A stretch of 64,000 nucleotides of DNA from sequence record SRR31156797_335; one strand, given 5' to 3'. Under the pieces are notes generated by a model. That model searched no databases. It was given only the letters and a program-made list of their open reading frames with translations, and had not been told where the DNA came from. A program made the translations under genes and the position numbers. Below, in pieces: positions 37,782 through 48,206 of the stretch (position 1 is the first letter of the stretch; each line of letters opens with the position of its first letter).

Positions 37782-38507
37782 AAAATTATAGATTCGCTCT
37801 ACTCCATAAACTTCAATTCTCAATTGTCCCAACTCAGTTATTCCAACAATAACTCCCTCAAATATTCCATTTTTATCAGAAAATTGATGCTTTTCATTTA
37901 TCCAATACAAAGAATTCAGATAATCACCCTCTAAACTCTCCAGGTAGCCATCTTCCAATTGGAAATATCTTTTTTCAATACAAGCAAGAAGTTTCGTCAG
38001 TTCTTCCTCTAAATCGTACTCCTCTCCAGTGCAATTACTCAAAGAAATTGGATTAGGAGCATCAGATAAAAACTTTGTTTGATTCACATTTAATCCAATC
38101 CCACAAATGGAGTGACTCAAGACAGATCCCATGATGGAGTGTTCTATTAAAATCCCTGCTATCTTCTTGTTATCAACATAGATATCATTCGGCCATTTTA
38201 TCGTAACATTGGCTGTATGTTGATTTAAATAATCGTATACTCCCAATGAAATAAGCATGGAAATATTAAACTGTAGATGAATTGGTAGAAATTCTGGTCG
38301 AAAAATTATACTAATGGTAAGGTTTTTGCCACTTTCACTTTCCCAGGTATTTGTTTGCTGTCCGCGGCCTTTTGTCTGATTTAATGCCAAAACGACAGTC
38401 CCGGCATCAGGATTTTCAGATTTGATTAAATCAACTGCAAAACTGTTAGTTGAATTTATTTCGTTTTCACGAATAATTAGTTGGGAAGTAAAAAGTTTTC
38501 TTTGCAT
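37758..38507 (-). CDS. birA: Biotin--[acetyl-CoA-carboxylase] ligase (no N-terminal HTH)
   Basis: STNS, QTKGRGQ..NTWES, IKWPNDIYV..KKIAGILIE, GIGLNVNQ. Confidence 0.93.
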   Translation of the reverse strand: MQRKLFTSQLIIRENEINSTNSFAVDLIKSENPDAGTVVLALNQTKGRGQQTNTWESESGKNLTISIIFRPEFLPIHLQFNISMLISLGVYDYLNQHTANVTIKWPNDIYVDNKKIAGILIEHSIMGSVLSHSICGIGLNVNQTKFLSDAPNPISLSNCTGEEYDLEEELTKLLACIEKRYFQLEDGYLESLEGDYLNSLYWINEKHQFSDKNGIFEGVIVGITELGQLRIEVYGVERIYNFKEVSFLK

Positions 38508-38747
38508 TTAAGAATCGGTTGGTTTTCAAGTATTGGATTTACTAACTTTATATTTAGAATAAAAGTATTGCACAAAATTAAAAAGAATGAACAAACATTT
38601 TCAATTAAAAATTGAAAGTTAAATAAAGTTCTGTGGAGCAAGAGACAAATCTTTAATTTATAAGAATTTTAAGGATTCATGAAGCAATATTGAAAACAGA
38701 ATTAATAGGAACAAAAAAAAATTATCTTTGTAATATAAAATATAAAT

Positions 38748-39131
38748 ATGACAAAAAAGCAGGAGTATAATTCAGAAGAACTTGTTGAGGCTATTATAGA
38801 GGGATTACAAGAGAAGAAAGCAGAAGATATCGTAAAGATAGATTTAAGAAAAATTGACAGTTCAGTTTGTAAATACTTTATAATCTGTAACGGAACATCT
38901 ACTACACACGTAACTGGTCTTGCTGATTCTGTTGAAGATTACGTAAGAGAAAAAGTCAATGAAAAAATATGGAAAAAAGAAGGAATGCAAAATGCACAAT
39001 GGATTCTTTTAGACTATGCTGATGTTGTAGTTCATATTTTCCAGAAAGAATATCGAGATTTTTATCGCCTTGAAAGTTTATGGGCAGATGCTTCGATCAT
39101 CAAAATTGAGGATCCACAGCCAAATCAATAA
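38748..39131 (+). CDS. rsfS: Ribosome silencing factor
   Basis: EKKAEDIVKIDL, WILLDYADVVVHIF...RDFYRLESLWADA; TATCTTTG element at 38723-38730. Confidence 0.95.
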   Translation: MTKKQEYNSEELVEAIIEGLQEKKAEDIVKIDLRKIDSSVCKYFIICNGTSTTHVTGLADSVEDYVREKVNEKIWKKEGMQNAQWILLDYADVVVHIFQKEYRDFYRLESLWADASIIKIEDPQPNQ

Positions 39132-39147
39132 CCTTTAACTAAAAAGA

Positions 39148-41181
39148 ATGACAGAGAATAATGATCAAAATAAATCTCCTTTTTCTAAAGGGAAAAATGG
39201 GAATAACATGCTTAAGCCACCTAAATTCAATGCTTATTGGATTTACGGATTAATAGCTGTTGCTTTTATTGCTCTTACTTTGATGGATTTAGGACAAAGT
39301 CCGAAAGAAACAAGTTGGAGAAAAGTAAAAAATGAATTGATTCGCAACCAGGATGTTGATCGTATTGTTGTGGTGCGAAATACTTTGGATGTTAATGTTT
39401 ATTTAAGAAAACAAAGCTTAGATAAATATCCTGATTTATTTGAAAGTAGTTTAGATTCTCCTTCAAAAGCAGGACCTCACTATACATTCCGAATTGGTTC
39501 AATTGAGCAATTTGCAGAACAACTTACAAATGCACAAAAAAATATCACAGAAGCCGATCGAGTTGAGCCAGAATATGTAACTCAGGAAGATTACTTTGGA
39601 AATTTCATTGGTTGGATTCTACCGTTTGCATTAATTATTGGTATTTGGTTCTACGTTTTCCGCAGAATGAGCAAAGGTTCTGGCGGAGCTGGTGGCGGTG
39701 GTAATATCTTTAATGTTGGTAAATCAAAAGCGAAAGTATTCGATAAAGAATCGAACATTAACGTAAACTTTAAAGATGTTGCAGGTTTAGCTGAAGCTAA
39801 ACAAGAGGTAGAAGAAATTGTTGAGTTCTTAAAACATCCACAAAGATATACCAAACTGGGAGGTAAAATTCCTAAAGGTGCACTACTTGTAGGACCTCCG
39901 GGAACCGGTAAAACCTTATTGGCAAAAGCCGTTGCTGGTGAAGCTAACGTTCCATTCTTTAGCATGTCGGGTTCCGATTTTGTAGAAATGTTTGTAGGTG
40001 TTGGTGCAAGTAGAGTTCGTGATTTGTTCAAGCAGGCAAAAGAAAAAGCACCTTGTATCGTATTTATCGATGAGATTGATGCAATTGGTAGAGCTCGTGG
40101 AAAAAATCCTAATATGGGATCGAACGATGAGCGTGAGAATACTTTGAATCAGTTGTTGACTGAAATGGATGGTTTCGATACCAACTCTGGTGTAATTATT
40201 TTGGCAGCAACCAACCGTGCCGACATTTTAGATAGAGCATTAATGCGTGCCGGACGTTTCGATCGTCAGATTCATGTCGAACTTCCGGATTTGAACGAAA
40301 GACAAGAAATTTTCAATGTTCACTTAAAGCCTCTTAAATTAGATCCAAAAATCGATCAATCATTTCTTGCCAAGCAAACTCCTGGTTTCTCAGGCGCTGA
40401 TATTGCAAATGTTTGTAATGAGGCTGCTCTTATTGCAGCTCGTAAGAAGAAAGACATTATTGAGAAACAAGATTTTCTTGATGCAATTGACCGAATTATT
40501 GGTGGATTGGAAAAGAAAAACAAAATTATATCTCTTCAGGAAAAGAAAACAATCGCTTTCCACGAAGCTGGTCATGCTACCATTTCATGGTTATTAGAGC
40601 ATGCTCATCCATTAGTGAAAGTAACGATTGTTCCAAGAGGTAAAGCTTTAGGTGCTGCATGGTATCTTCCTGAAGAAAGAAGCATTACAACCAAAGAGCA
40701 GATGCTTGATGAAATGTGTTCGACATTGGGTGGTAGAGCTGCCGAAGAAATCACTTTTGGAAAAATATCAACTGGTGCTCAAAACGATTTGGAGAAAGTT
40801 ACCAAACAAGCAATTGCAATGGTTTCTATCTTTGGTATGAGCGATAAAGTAGGTAATGTAAGTTATTACGATTCATCAGGACAATCGGATTATGGTTTTT
40901 CAAAACCTTACAGTGAAAAAACTGCTGAATTAATCGATGCAGAAGTTAAAATTCTGATTGAAAACAGTTACGAAAGAGCTAAGAAAGTCCTTAAAGACAA
41001 CGAAGAAAAACACAACAAGTTAGCTGAACTGCTTCTTGAACGTGAAGTAATCTTTAGTGAAGACTTGGAAGAAATCTTTGGAAAACGTGAATTTGGAAAT
41101 TCTGAAATTGAGGACGCTAAAATAATCCCAAATCAAGAAGAAGAAAATTCGAAAGAAGACAACGAAAGTAAGGCGGTTTAA
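39148..41181 (+). CDS. ftsH: ATP-dependent zinc metalloprotease FtsH
   Basis: Two TM helices, [38 protein letters not shown]. Confidence 0.98.
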   Translation: MTENNDQNKSPFSKGKNGNNMLKPPKFNAYWIYGLIAVAFIALTLMDLGQSPKETSWRKVKNELIRNQDVDRIVVVRNTLDVNVYLRKQSLDKYPDLFESSLDSPSKAGPHYTFRIGSIEQFAEQLTNAQKNITEADRVEPEYVTQEDYFGNFIGWILPFALIIGIWFYVFRRMSKGSGGAGGGGNIFNVGKSKAKVFDKESNINVNFKDVAGLAEAKQEVEEIVEFLKHPQRYTKLGGKIPKGALLVGPPGTGKTLLAKAVAGEANVPFFSMSGSDFVEMFVGVGASRVRDLFKQAKEKAPCIVFIDEIDAIGRARGKNPNMGSNDERENTLNQLLTEMDGFDTNSGVIILAATNRADILDRALMRAGRFDRQIHVELPDLNERQEIFNVHLKPLKLDPKIDQSFLAKQTPGFSGADIANVCNEAALIAARKKKDIIEKQDFLDAIDRIIGGLEKKNKIISLQEKKTIAFHEAGHATISWLLEHAHPLVKVTIVPRGKALGAAWYLPEERSITTKEQMLDEMCSTLGGRAAEEITFGKISTGAQNDLEKVTKQAIAMVSIFGMSDKVGNVSYYDSSGQSDYGFSKPYSEKTAELIDAEVKILIENSYERAKKVLKDNEEKHNKLAELLLEREVIFSEDLEEIFGKREFGNSEIEDAKIIPNQEEENSKEDNESKAV

Positions 41182-41206
41182 GCCACCAAACTTCAGAATA
41201 ATTTTC

Positions 41207-41251
41207 AAAAACTGGATTGCCAATATACAATTGGTGATTCAGTTTTTTTTT
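41207..41251 (+). terminator. Intrinsic terminator after ftsH
   Basis: AAAAACTGGATTGCCAAT...ATTGGTGATTCAGTTTTTTTTT. Confidence 0.8.
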
Positions 41252-41416
41252 GATACAAACTCAAATTGCAATGACAAATTGCTTAGAATTAGTCATCAAT
41301 ATCTCTTAAAAAATAATCAGACTTAAAAAGTCGTGAAAAAACACTACTTTTGGGAGCTGATATAATAACCAGGCTAACTTGTATCATTTTCAGGTTAACT
41401 AATAATTTAAATTCAA

Positions 41417-42241
41417 GTGGGGAATTTCATAAAGAGAGCATTATTTGGAGCAATTTTCGCAATTGTTTTGATATCAGGAATTGTTGTACATCCTTTTGCA
41501 TTCTTTGCAATTTTTATAGGGATAACTCTATTAGCGGTTTATGAGTTTTTCAACTTGATCAAAAAAAACAACTGTGCACCACAAATAATTACAGGCATGA
41601 TAGCCTCATCGCTATTATTCTCGGCATGTTTTGCTTATACCTATTTCCAAAACTCTATTTTATTTGCCCTGCTAGTTCCTGTAATTGTGCTTATTCCCAT
41701 AATTGAAATGTATCGCAAAAAGGAAAACCCTTTTGGTAATATTGCTTATACCATGTTGGGACTTTTATATGTGGCAATTCCTTTTTCTTTATTAAATTTT
41801 TTGGTATTCCCTTTTGGTGATATGCAATTTCATTGGGAGATATTAATGGGTGTTTTTGTTCTAATATGGGCAAATGATACCGGAGCTTATCTAGTGGGAG
41901 TAAATTTTGGAAAAACCAGATTGTTTGAAAGAATATCACCAAAAAAATCTTGGGAAGGTAGTATTGGTGGTGGAATAATTACTTTGGTCGTTGCCTGGTT
42001 GATATCAATTTACTCAACTGATCTTAATTTAATTCAATGGATTATTACAGGAACAATAGTAGTAATTTTCGGTTCTCTTGGCGATTTAGTTGAATCTCTT
42101 CTCAAGCGAAGCATCAACATTAAAGATTCAGGTACAATTATTCCAGGGCATGGTGGTTTACTTGATCGTTTTGATGCAATACTACTGGTATCTCCTATGG
42201 TTTTTGTCTTGTTGCAAGTAATCAAAGAATATTTTCATTAA
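41417..42241 (+). CDS. cdsA: Phosphatidate cytidylyltransferase
   Basis: WANDTGAY, ISPKKSWEG, GDLVESLLKR..IKDSG..IPGHGGLLDRFD. Confidence 0.95.
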   Translation: MGNFIKRALFGAIFAIVLISGIVVHPFAFFAIFIGITLLAVYEFFNLIKKNNCAPQIITGMIASSLLFSACFAYTYFQNSILFALLVPVIVLIPIIEMYRKKENPFGNIAYTMLGLLYVAIPFSLLNFLVFPFGDMQFHWEILMGVFVLIWANDTGAYLVGVNFGKTRLFERISPKKSWEGSIGGGIITLVVAWLISIYSTDLNLIQWIITGTIVVIFGSLGDLVESLLKRSINIKDSGTIIPGHGGLLDRFDAILLVSPMVFVLLQVIKEYFH

Positions 42242-42267
42242 ATTTGCCCAAATTTTAATTTTACGAT

Positions 42268-42924
42268 ATGACAATTCACAAGGAAGGATACGGAATAATT
42301 GCAGTATTTTTTATGATACTGGGAGCTTTAGATGCATTACTATATTTCATCTTAGGTCCTGGAACTATTCTAAATATCTTTCTAGTTGTTACACTGGCAT
42401 TCTTCGGATTGGTAGTTTCCTTTTTTAGAGTTCCTAAACGAATTCCAGTAACGGGAGATGATTTAATTATTGCTCCTGCCGACGGAAAAGTTGTTGTTAT
42501 TGAGGAAACCGAGGAGTTGGAATATTTTAAGGATAAAAGATTACAGGTTTCCATCTTCATGTCTCCACTAAACGTTCATATCAACTGGTATCCAGTTCAG
42601 GGTTTAATAAAATATTTCAGACACCACAGTGGATTATTTTTAAAAGCATGGTTACCGAAATCATCAACCGAAAACGAACGTACTACAGTGGTAATCGAAA
42701 AAGATGAAAAAACAACCATCTTAATGAGACAGATTGCCGGTGCTGTTGCTCGTCGAATTGTTGCATATGCAAAAGAGGGTGAAAAAGTAAATCAATGTCA
42801 GCAAGAAGGATTTATCAAGTTCGGTTCAAGAATCGATTTGTATCTTCCTTTAGGCACGCAAATTGATGTTGATTTGAACCAAAAAGTTACGGGTTCTCAA
42901 ACTATTATCGGTCGATTAAAGTAA
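42268..42924 (+). CDS. psd: Phosphatidylserine decarboxylase proenzyme
   Basis: APADGKVV, SIFMSPLNVH, ENER, QIAGAVARRI, GFIKFGSR cleavage motif. Confidence 0.93.
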   Translation: MTIHKEGYGIIAVFFMILGALDALLYFILGPGTILNIFLVVTLAFFGLVVSFFRVPKRIPVTGDDLIIAPADGKVVVIEETEELEYFKDKRLQVSIFMSPLNVHINWYPVQGLIKYFRHHSGLFLKAWLPKSSTENERTTVVIEKDEKTTILMRQIAGAVARRIVAYAKEGEKVNQCQQEGFIKFGSRIDLYLPLGTQIDVDLNQKVTGSQTIIGRLK

Positions 42925-43026
42925 GAACCTATAGATCTGAATTTTCGATTAATATTTCCTAAAGAATTACATTTTCATTAAATAATGAATTATTTTAGTT
43001 AGCATTCAAACTAAATTAATATCGTT

Positions 43027-43803
43027 ATGGATTTAAATATTAAAGATCAGCTTTTTGTTGTTTGTGGAGCTACGTCTGGATTCGGAGCAGCTGTTCTTTC
43101 CAACTTAATTGCTGATGGTGCAAAAGTCATTGCAATCGCACGTGGACAAGAAAATCTTTCAAACTTACACAAGCAATATCCCAAAGCTGTAGAAACTCTT
43201 TGTGCGGATATAACCCAATCAGCAAGTATAAAACAATTACTGGAAAAAATTGGGAATCGTAAACTTTCAGGAATATTCATAAATGCTGGCGGTCCACCAG
43301 CAATGAAAACATTAGAAACCACTCTCAATGATTGGGATAATGCCTACCATCAACTTTTGCGTTGGAAAGTAGAGCTAACTCAAGCTTTGGTTCCTTTAAT
43401 GATGAATGAAAATTATGGGAGAATGGTATTCCTAGAAAGTGCATCCGTAAAACAACCAATCGACAACTTAGTATTAAGCACTTCTCTTCGGCTTTCTGTA
43501 GTCGGATTTATTAAAACGCTATCTCAGGAAATTGCGGAATCGGGTGTTACCTTAAATATTATCGGTCCTGGCTACCACGAAACTCCAGCCATTAAACGAT
43601 TAATAGAGAAAAAAGCCGAACAGGATAACATCAGCTCCCAAGAAGCAAAAAATAAAATTGCCAATGGTATTCGAATGAAACGTATGGGCAATCCTGAAAA
43701 TTTAGGTCAGCTGGCTACCTGGCTGCTTTCACCCTCATCGGCTTATATTACCGGACAAACCATTAGTGTTGATGGTGGGCAAATTTTAGGGATACACGGT
43801 TAA
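43027..43803 (+). CDS. Short-chain dehydrogenase/reductase
   Basis: CGATSGFG, NAGGPP, PGYHET, YITGQTISVDGG. Confidence 0.88.
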   Translation: MDLNIKDQLFVVCGATSGFGAAVLSNLIADGAKVIAIARGQENLSNLHKQYPKAVETLCADITQSASIKQLLEKIGNRKLSGIFINAGGPPAMKTLETTLNDWDNAYHQLLRWKVELTQALVPLMMNENYGRMVFLESASVKQPIDNLVLSTSLRLSVVGFIKTLSQEIAESGVTLNIIGPGYHETPAIKRLIEKKAEQDNISSQEAKNKIANGIRMKRMGNPENLGQLATWLLSPSSAYITGQTISVDGGQILGIHG

Positions 43804-43916
43804 TCAAAAAGATTTAAGAGTTTATTTTTAATCTATTGTATAATTTTAATTGCTTCCAATTAGTATATCTATTAACTTAATGGAACCCAAAATGTAACCC
43901 TAAAAACTCTTGTACT

Positions 43917-44180
43917 ATGAAGAAATTACTCGACAGTTTTTTAAACATCTTCAATTCCACAGAAGAGGAAGCCTTTTACTATGTAAAAATAGAACGCAAC
44001 GAGAAGTGTTACTGCGATAGTGGTAAAAAATACAAATCGTGTCACTATCCTGAACATCACAAAAAAAGCAGGCTAGCAGTTCGTAAAATAAGTGAAACAA
44101 CTGGTGAAGAAGAAATTAAGGTAATGAGTGTGAAAAAGCTTAGGAAAGAATACTACCGAGTAAAAGCAAATATTAACTAA
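43917..44180 (+). CDS. Small SEC-C motif (Zn-binding) protein
   Basis: RNEKCYCDSGKKYKSCH matches the SEC-C pattern; terminator follows. Confidence 0.75.
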   Translation: MKKLLDSFLNIFNSTEEEAFYYVKIERNEKCYCDSGKKYKSCHYPEHHKKSRLAVRKISETTGEEEIKVMSVKKLRKEYYRVKANIN

Positions 44181-44194
44181 ATAACATCATTAGT

Positions 44195-44226
44195 AAAGAT
44201 CGTCTCTAAATGGGATGATCTTTTTT
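44195..44226. terminator. Terminator between convergent genes
   Basis: AAAGATCGTCTC-taaat-GGGATGATCTTT followed by T-tract. Confidence 0.7.
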
Positions 44227-44231
44227 AATTC

Positions 44232-44663
44232 TTATCGTTTAATGGCTTCCACCTGCTCTATATTTATACTTCCTAATTCATTTCCCCAGGAATTCAAAAT
44301 ATAGTTGAAAACCAAAACCAATTCTTTATCTGTTAAACCAGATGCCGGCATCAAACTATTGTATTTAACTCCATTCACTTTTATTGGTTTGTTACTCCCA
44401 AATTTCACCATATAAATGGCATCTTCAAGATTTTTTTCCAAATAATCTGAGTTCGCCAAAGGTGGATAAAATTTTGTTATTCCTTTTCCTGTTTTCATAT
44501 GGCAGTTCATACATTTTGCTCTGTAAAGTTGTGCTCCCTTATCCAAATTCTCAGCCGAAATTTCCACCTTTTCACTTGAAGTAACTTCTTTTTTCTTATC
44601 TGGTCCACCACAAGCAAGCATAAAAAGGCAGACAAAGACAAATATTAGGTTTAGTATTTTCAT
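44232..44663 (-). CDS. Monoheme cytochrome c lipoprotein
   Basis: Lipobox MLAC, CMNCH, YPPLANSDY, VNGVKYNSLMP (Met ligand), YILNSWGN. Confidence 0.88.
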   Translation of the reverse strand: MKILNLIFVFVCLFMLACGGPDKKKEVTSSEKVEISAENLDKGAQLYRAKCMNCHMKTGKGITKFYPPLANSDYLEKNLEDAIYMVKFGSNKPIKVNGVKYNSLMPASGLTDKELVLVFNYILNSWGNELGSINIEQVEAIKR

Positions 44664-44889
44664 GTATGTAATTCTTGTTTAGATCTAGTAAAAATAAACA
44701 TCTCAAAGCACATATTCAAAAATAAAGCAGGTTCTAAATAGCTAAGTGTCGCAAAAAAAGAAAGTTAAGTACGAGAAGCAAGCAAATAATTTTATATATT
44801 TATATAGAACCACTTAACCGGACGAGAATTATATTATCGGAGAATTGCCCGTTTTTCTCTCCTTAACCCTAAAATATGGAGGAATAAAT

Positions 44890-45675
44890 ATGAAGTTAAA
44901 TCTTGCTATTTGTCACGCATTACTTCTAATAACATTCGTTTCCTACGCCCAAGATGCCAAAGATTTGTATTATGATTTTGAAGTGGGGGTGATTGAGCAT
45001 CTGGAGGAAACAGTACCAAGCGATATTCTACTGGTGAATGAAATCGGCGAAACGGTAAAATTGATCGATCAGATTGATAAACCAACTGCTCTAATTTTTG
45101 TGTATTACCGCTGTCCAGGAATTTGTAGCCCTTTAATGGATGGACTTGCCGATGTAATGCAAAAAAGTGATCTTAATCTTGCCGAAGATTATCAGGTTTT
45201 GACCATTAGTTTTGATCCAACAGAAACAACGGATCTGGCAATTAAAAAGAAAAATAACTACAAACTGTTAGTAGAAAACCAGAATACCACTGACGGATGG
45301 AAGTTCTTTACAGCCGATAGTTTAAATATTGCCAAGGCAACAAAAAGTATGGGCTTTAGATACAAGAAAGCCGGAAATGATTTTACTCATGCGGCTACTG
45401 TAATTGTGCTAAGTCCTGAAGGCAAAATTACAAGATATTTAAATGGAACATACTTTCTGCCATTTGAATTCAAACTAGCCATGCTCGAAGCATCCAAAGG
45501 TCAATCCGGACCAACAATCAATAAGATATTGCAATATTGTTATTCCTACGATCCTGTAGGTCAAGCTTACGTATTGAATATCACCAAAATTACCGGAACA
45601 ATAATTTTAGCAATGGGATTGATCGTCTTCTTATTGCTAATTATTAGAAAACCAAGAAGAAAAACACAACCTTAA
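44890..45675 (+). CDS. SCO1/SenC family copper chaperone
   Basis: YYRCPGICS (CxxxC), FTHAA, C-terminal TM helix; ATG 44890 preferred over TTG 44845. Confidence 0.9.
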   Translation: MKLNLAICHALLLITFVSYAQDAKDLYYDFEVGVIEHLEETVPSDILLVNEIGETVKLIDQIDKPTALIFVYYRCPGICSPLMDGLADVMQKSDLNLAEDYQVLTISFDPTETTDLAIKKKNNYKLLVENQNTTDGWKFFTADSLNIAKATKSMGFRYKKAGNDFTHAATVIVLSPEGKITRYLNGTYFLPFEFKLAMLEASKGQSGPTINKILQYCYSYDPVGQAYVLNITKITGTIILAMGLIVFLLLIIRKPRRKTQP

Positions 45676-45687
45676 TAACTACCGAAT

Positions 45688-47298
45688 ATGTCTGAAACCA
45701 TTACTCCTCATGCCGAGGTGAGTTATCTTGAATATAAGGGACGATTCAAGGGCTTATTTGCATGGATTTTTTCTACCGATCACAAAAAAATCGGTTTATT
45801 GTATTTGTACAGCATGCTGGTGTTATTCAGTGTAGCTGCCATTTTAGGTCTTTTAATGAAGATAGAGTTGATTGCTCCTGGTAAAACTATAATGGACGCA
45901 CAAACCTATAACAGCTTCTTTACGCTTCATGGAATTACCATGATCTTTCTAATTGTAGTTCCAGGTCTACCTGCCGTTTTTGGTAACTTCTTTCTACCCA
46001 TAATGATTGGAGCAAAAGATGTCGCTTTTCCTAAATTAAACCTTCTCTCCTGGTGGATTTATATTGCAGGTGCAGCACTTGCTCTTTCTGCCCAATTTAT
46101 TGGAGATGGACCACCGGATACAGGATGGACCTTCTACGCTCCTTACAGCTTTAGAACTGGAACCAATATGCTTCCTGCTGTTACCGGAGCCTTTGTTTTA
46201 GGTTTCTCTTCAATTGCAACTGGAATTAACTTTATTGTTACCATACATCGTATGAGAGCACCTGGAATGAAATGGATGAAAATGCCATTGTTTCCTTGGG
46301 CACTTTACGGAACATCTTGGATACAAGTATTGGCTACACCAATCGTAGGTGTTACCTTATTAATGATAGTATTGGAACGAACCATGCAAATCGGATTCTT
46401 CGATCCTGCTTTAGGAGGAGATCCTATCCTTTATCAGCATTTGTTTTGGATTTACTCCCACCCTGCCGTATACATCATGATACTACCAGCCATGGGTGTG
46501 ATTTCCGAAATCATACCAACATTCGCCCGAAAAACCATTTTTGGATACAAAGCAATTGTGGTCTCTACCTTAGCTATCGCTTTTGTGGGATACTTTGTTT
46601 GGGGACATCACATGTTTACTTCTGGTATGAGTGGAACAGCTTTATACACATTTTCAATTTTAACATTCCTTGTTGCCATTCCTAGTGCCATTAAAATTTT
46701 TAACTGGGTAGCAACACTCCATAAAGCCTCTATCGATATTCAAACACCATTTTTATGGGCACTTTGCTTTCTATTTGTGTTTATGGTAGGCGGTTTATCA
46801 GGAATGGTATTGGGTGCACTTTCCGCTAATGTTCATTTACATGATACTGCTTTTGTTGTGGCTCATTTCCATTTTATTGTATTTGGAGGTACGGGTTACG
46901 CATTCTTTGGAGCAATACACTATTGGTACCCAAAAATGTTTGGTAAAATGTACGATAAATCATGGGCAAATATAGGATTGGCAATCTTCTTTACAGGATT
47001 CAACACTTTATATCTACCAATGTTCTATTTAGGAATGACGGGAATGCCAAGAAGATATTATGACTATGTAGATGAATTCCATGGTCCAAATATCGTATCA
47101 TCGCTCGGAGCTTTGTTGATGATATCGGGCTTGATTATCATTATTACTAATCTTGTTCGTTCTGCTAAACACGGTGCACCAGCCAAAGCAGATCCATGGA
47201 AAGGAAAAACTTTAGAATGGACAGTCGCTAGTCCTCCAAGTCTGGAGAATTTTGAAGAAATACCAACTGTAACCCAACATCCATACGGCTATGAGTAA
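45688..47298 (+). CDS. ctaD: Heme-copper oxidase subunit I, type A2
   Basis: STDHKKIG, HG, GWTFYAP, FWIYSHPAVY (YS motif), WGHH, HDT.FVVAHFH, GMPRRY. Confidence 0.96.
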   Translation: MSETITPHAEVSYLEYKGRFKGLFAWIFSTDHKKIGLLYLYSMLVLFSVAAILGLLMKIELIAPGKTIMDAQTYNSFFTLHGITMIFLIVVPGLPAVFGNFFLPIMIGAKDVAFPKLNLLSWWIYIAGAALALSAQFIGDGPPDTGWTFYAPYSFRTGTNMLPAVTGAFVLGFSSIATGINFIVTIHRMRAPGMKWMKMPLFPWALYGTSWIQVLATPIVGVTLLMIVLERTMQIGFFDPALGGDPILYQHLFWIYSHPAVYIMILPAMGVISEIIPTFARKTIFGYKAIVVSTLAIAFVGYFVWGHHMFTSGMSGTALYTFSILTFLVAIPSAIKIFNWVATLHKASIDIQTPFLWALCFLFVFMVGGLSGMVLGALSANVHLHDTAFVVAHFHFIVFGGTGYAFFGAIHYWYPKMFGKMYDKSWANIGLAIFFTGFNTLYLPMFYLGMTGMPRRYYDYVDEFHGPNIVSSLGALLMISGLIIIITNLVRSAKHGAPAKADPWKGKTLEWTVASPPSLENFEEIPTVTQHPYGYE

Positions 47299-47905
47299 TC
47301 ACGTACACATTGACGAACATAGAGATGACGAAGGCGCTAAAACTGGTATGTGGATCTTTATTTTTACAGAGCTACTACTTTTTGGTGGTCTATTTATCGT
47401 CTATTCAGTTTACCGATACTTAAATCCTTTAGCTTTTCATTTAGCTGCGGAAGAACTTGACACCTTTATTGGAACTGTCAATACAGTAATTCTTCTGGTA
47501 AGCAGTATGACTATTGCCATGTCGATTAGTGCAATTCAGTACAAAAATAAAAAGCTCACTTTAATTTTAATGGGTATTACCATTTTATTAGCTCTAATTT
47601 TTATGGTGAATAAATACTTTGAATGGAGCGGTAAATTCGCACATGGTATTTATCCGGGAAGTCCAACATTAATGGAGGCAAGTCAAGGAGAAATCTTATT
47701 CTTTGGATTGTACTATGCCATGACAGGTCTTCATGCCTTACATATCATTATAGGAGTAGCTTTTATAGCCTATGTTATGAGAATGGTTGTTAAAGATGAA
47801 GTACAGCATGACAATTTCGTGATTCTTGAGAATAGCGGACTGTACTGGCATCTAGTCGATCTAATTTGGATTTTCTTATTCCCATTATTTTATCTGATTA
47901 CCTAA
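47291..47905 (+). CDS. ctaE: Cytochrome c oxidase subunit III
   Basis: GMWIFIFTELLLFG, NTVILLVSS, TGLHALH, GLYWHLVDLIWIFLFP. Confidence 0.93.
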   Translation: MSNHVHIDEHRDDEGAKTGMWIFIFTELLLFGGLFIVYSVYRYLNPLAFHLAAEELDTFIGTVNTVILLVSSMTIAMSISAIQYKNKKLTLILMGITILLALIFMVNKYFEWSGKFAHGIYPGSPTLMEASQGEILFFGLYYAMTGLHALHIIIGVAFIAYVMRMVVKDEVQHDNFVILENSGLYWHLVDLIWIFLFPLFYLIT

Positions 47906-47915
47906 ATCAATAGCT

Positions 47916-48203
47916 ATGGAAAAAGATCAACATACACACATTGTAAAATATAAAACCTATATCTATGTTTTAATTGGTTTGCTAATTATGACATTCTTGT
48001 CAGTTGCTGTTACAGAGATCGATTTAGGTCCATATACAGTTTCAACAGCATTACTTTTAGCGAGTATTAAATCGGTGTTGGTTTTATTGATTTTTATGCA
48101 TTTGAAATTCGACAAGAAGTTCTATGGCATAATGGTAGCAAGTGTATTTCTGCTACTAGCCTGTGTTATTATAATTACATTCTTAGACTATTTATACCGA
48201 TAG
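47916..48203 (+). CDS. ctaF: Cytochrome c oxidase subunit IV
   Basis: Three TM helices, K..LV...FMHLKFD motif. Confidence 0.88.
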   Translation: MEKDQHTHIVKYKTYIYVLIGLLIMTFLSVAVTEIDLGPYTVSTALLLASIKSVLVLLIFMHLKFDKKFYGIMVASVFLLLACVIIITFLDYLYR

Positions 48204-48206
48204 CTT

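Noticed and set aside
41350-41544. 64-aa ORF between ftsH and cdsA
   Set aside because: Overlaps cdsA in another frame, TTG start, no motif
44232-44663. Fragment of a NirK-cytochrome c fusion
   Set aside because: Has its own lipoprotein signal and no cupredoxin sequence nearby; treated as a complete stand-alone cytochrome
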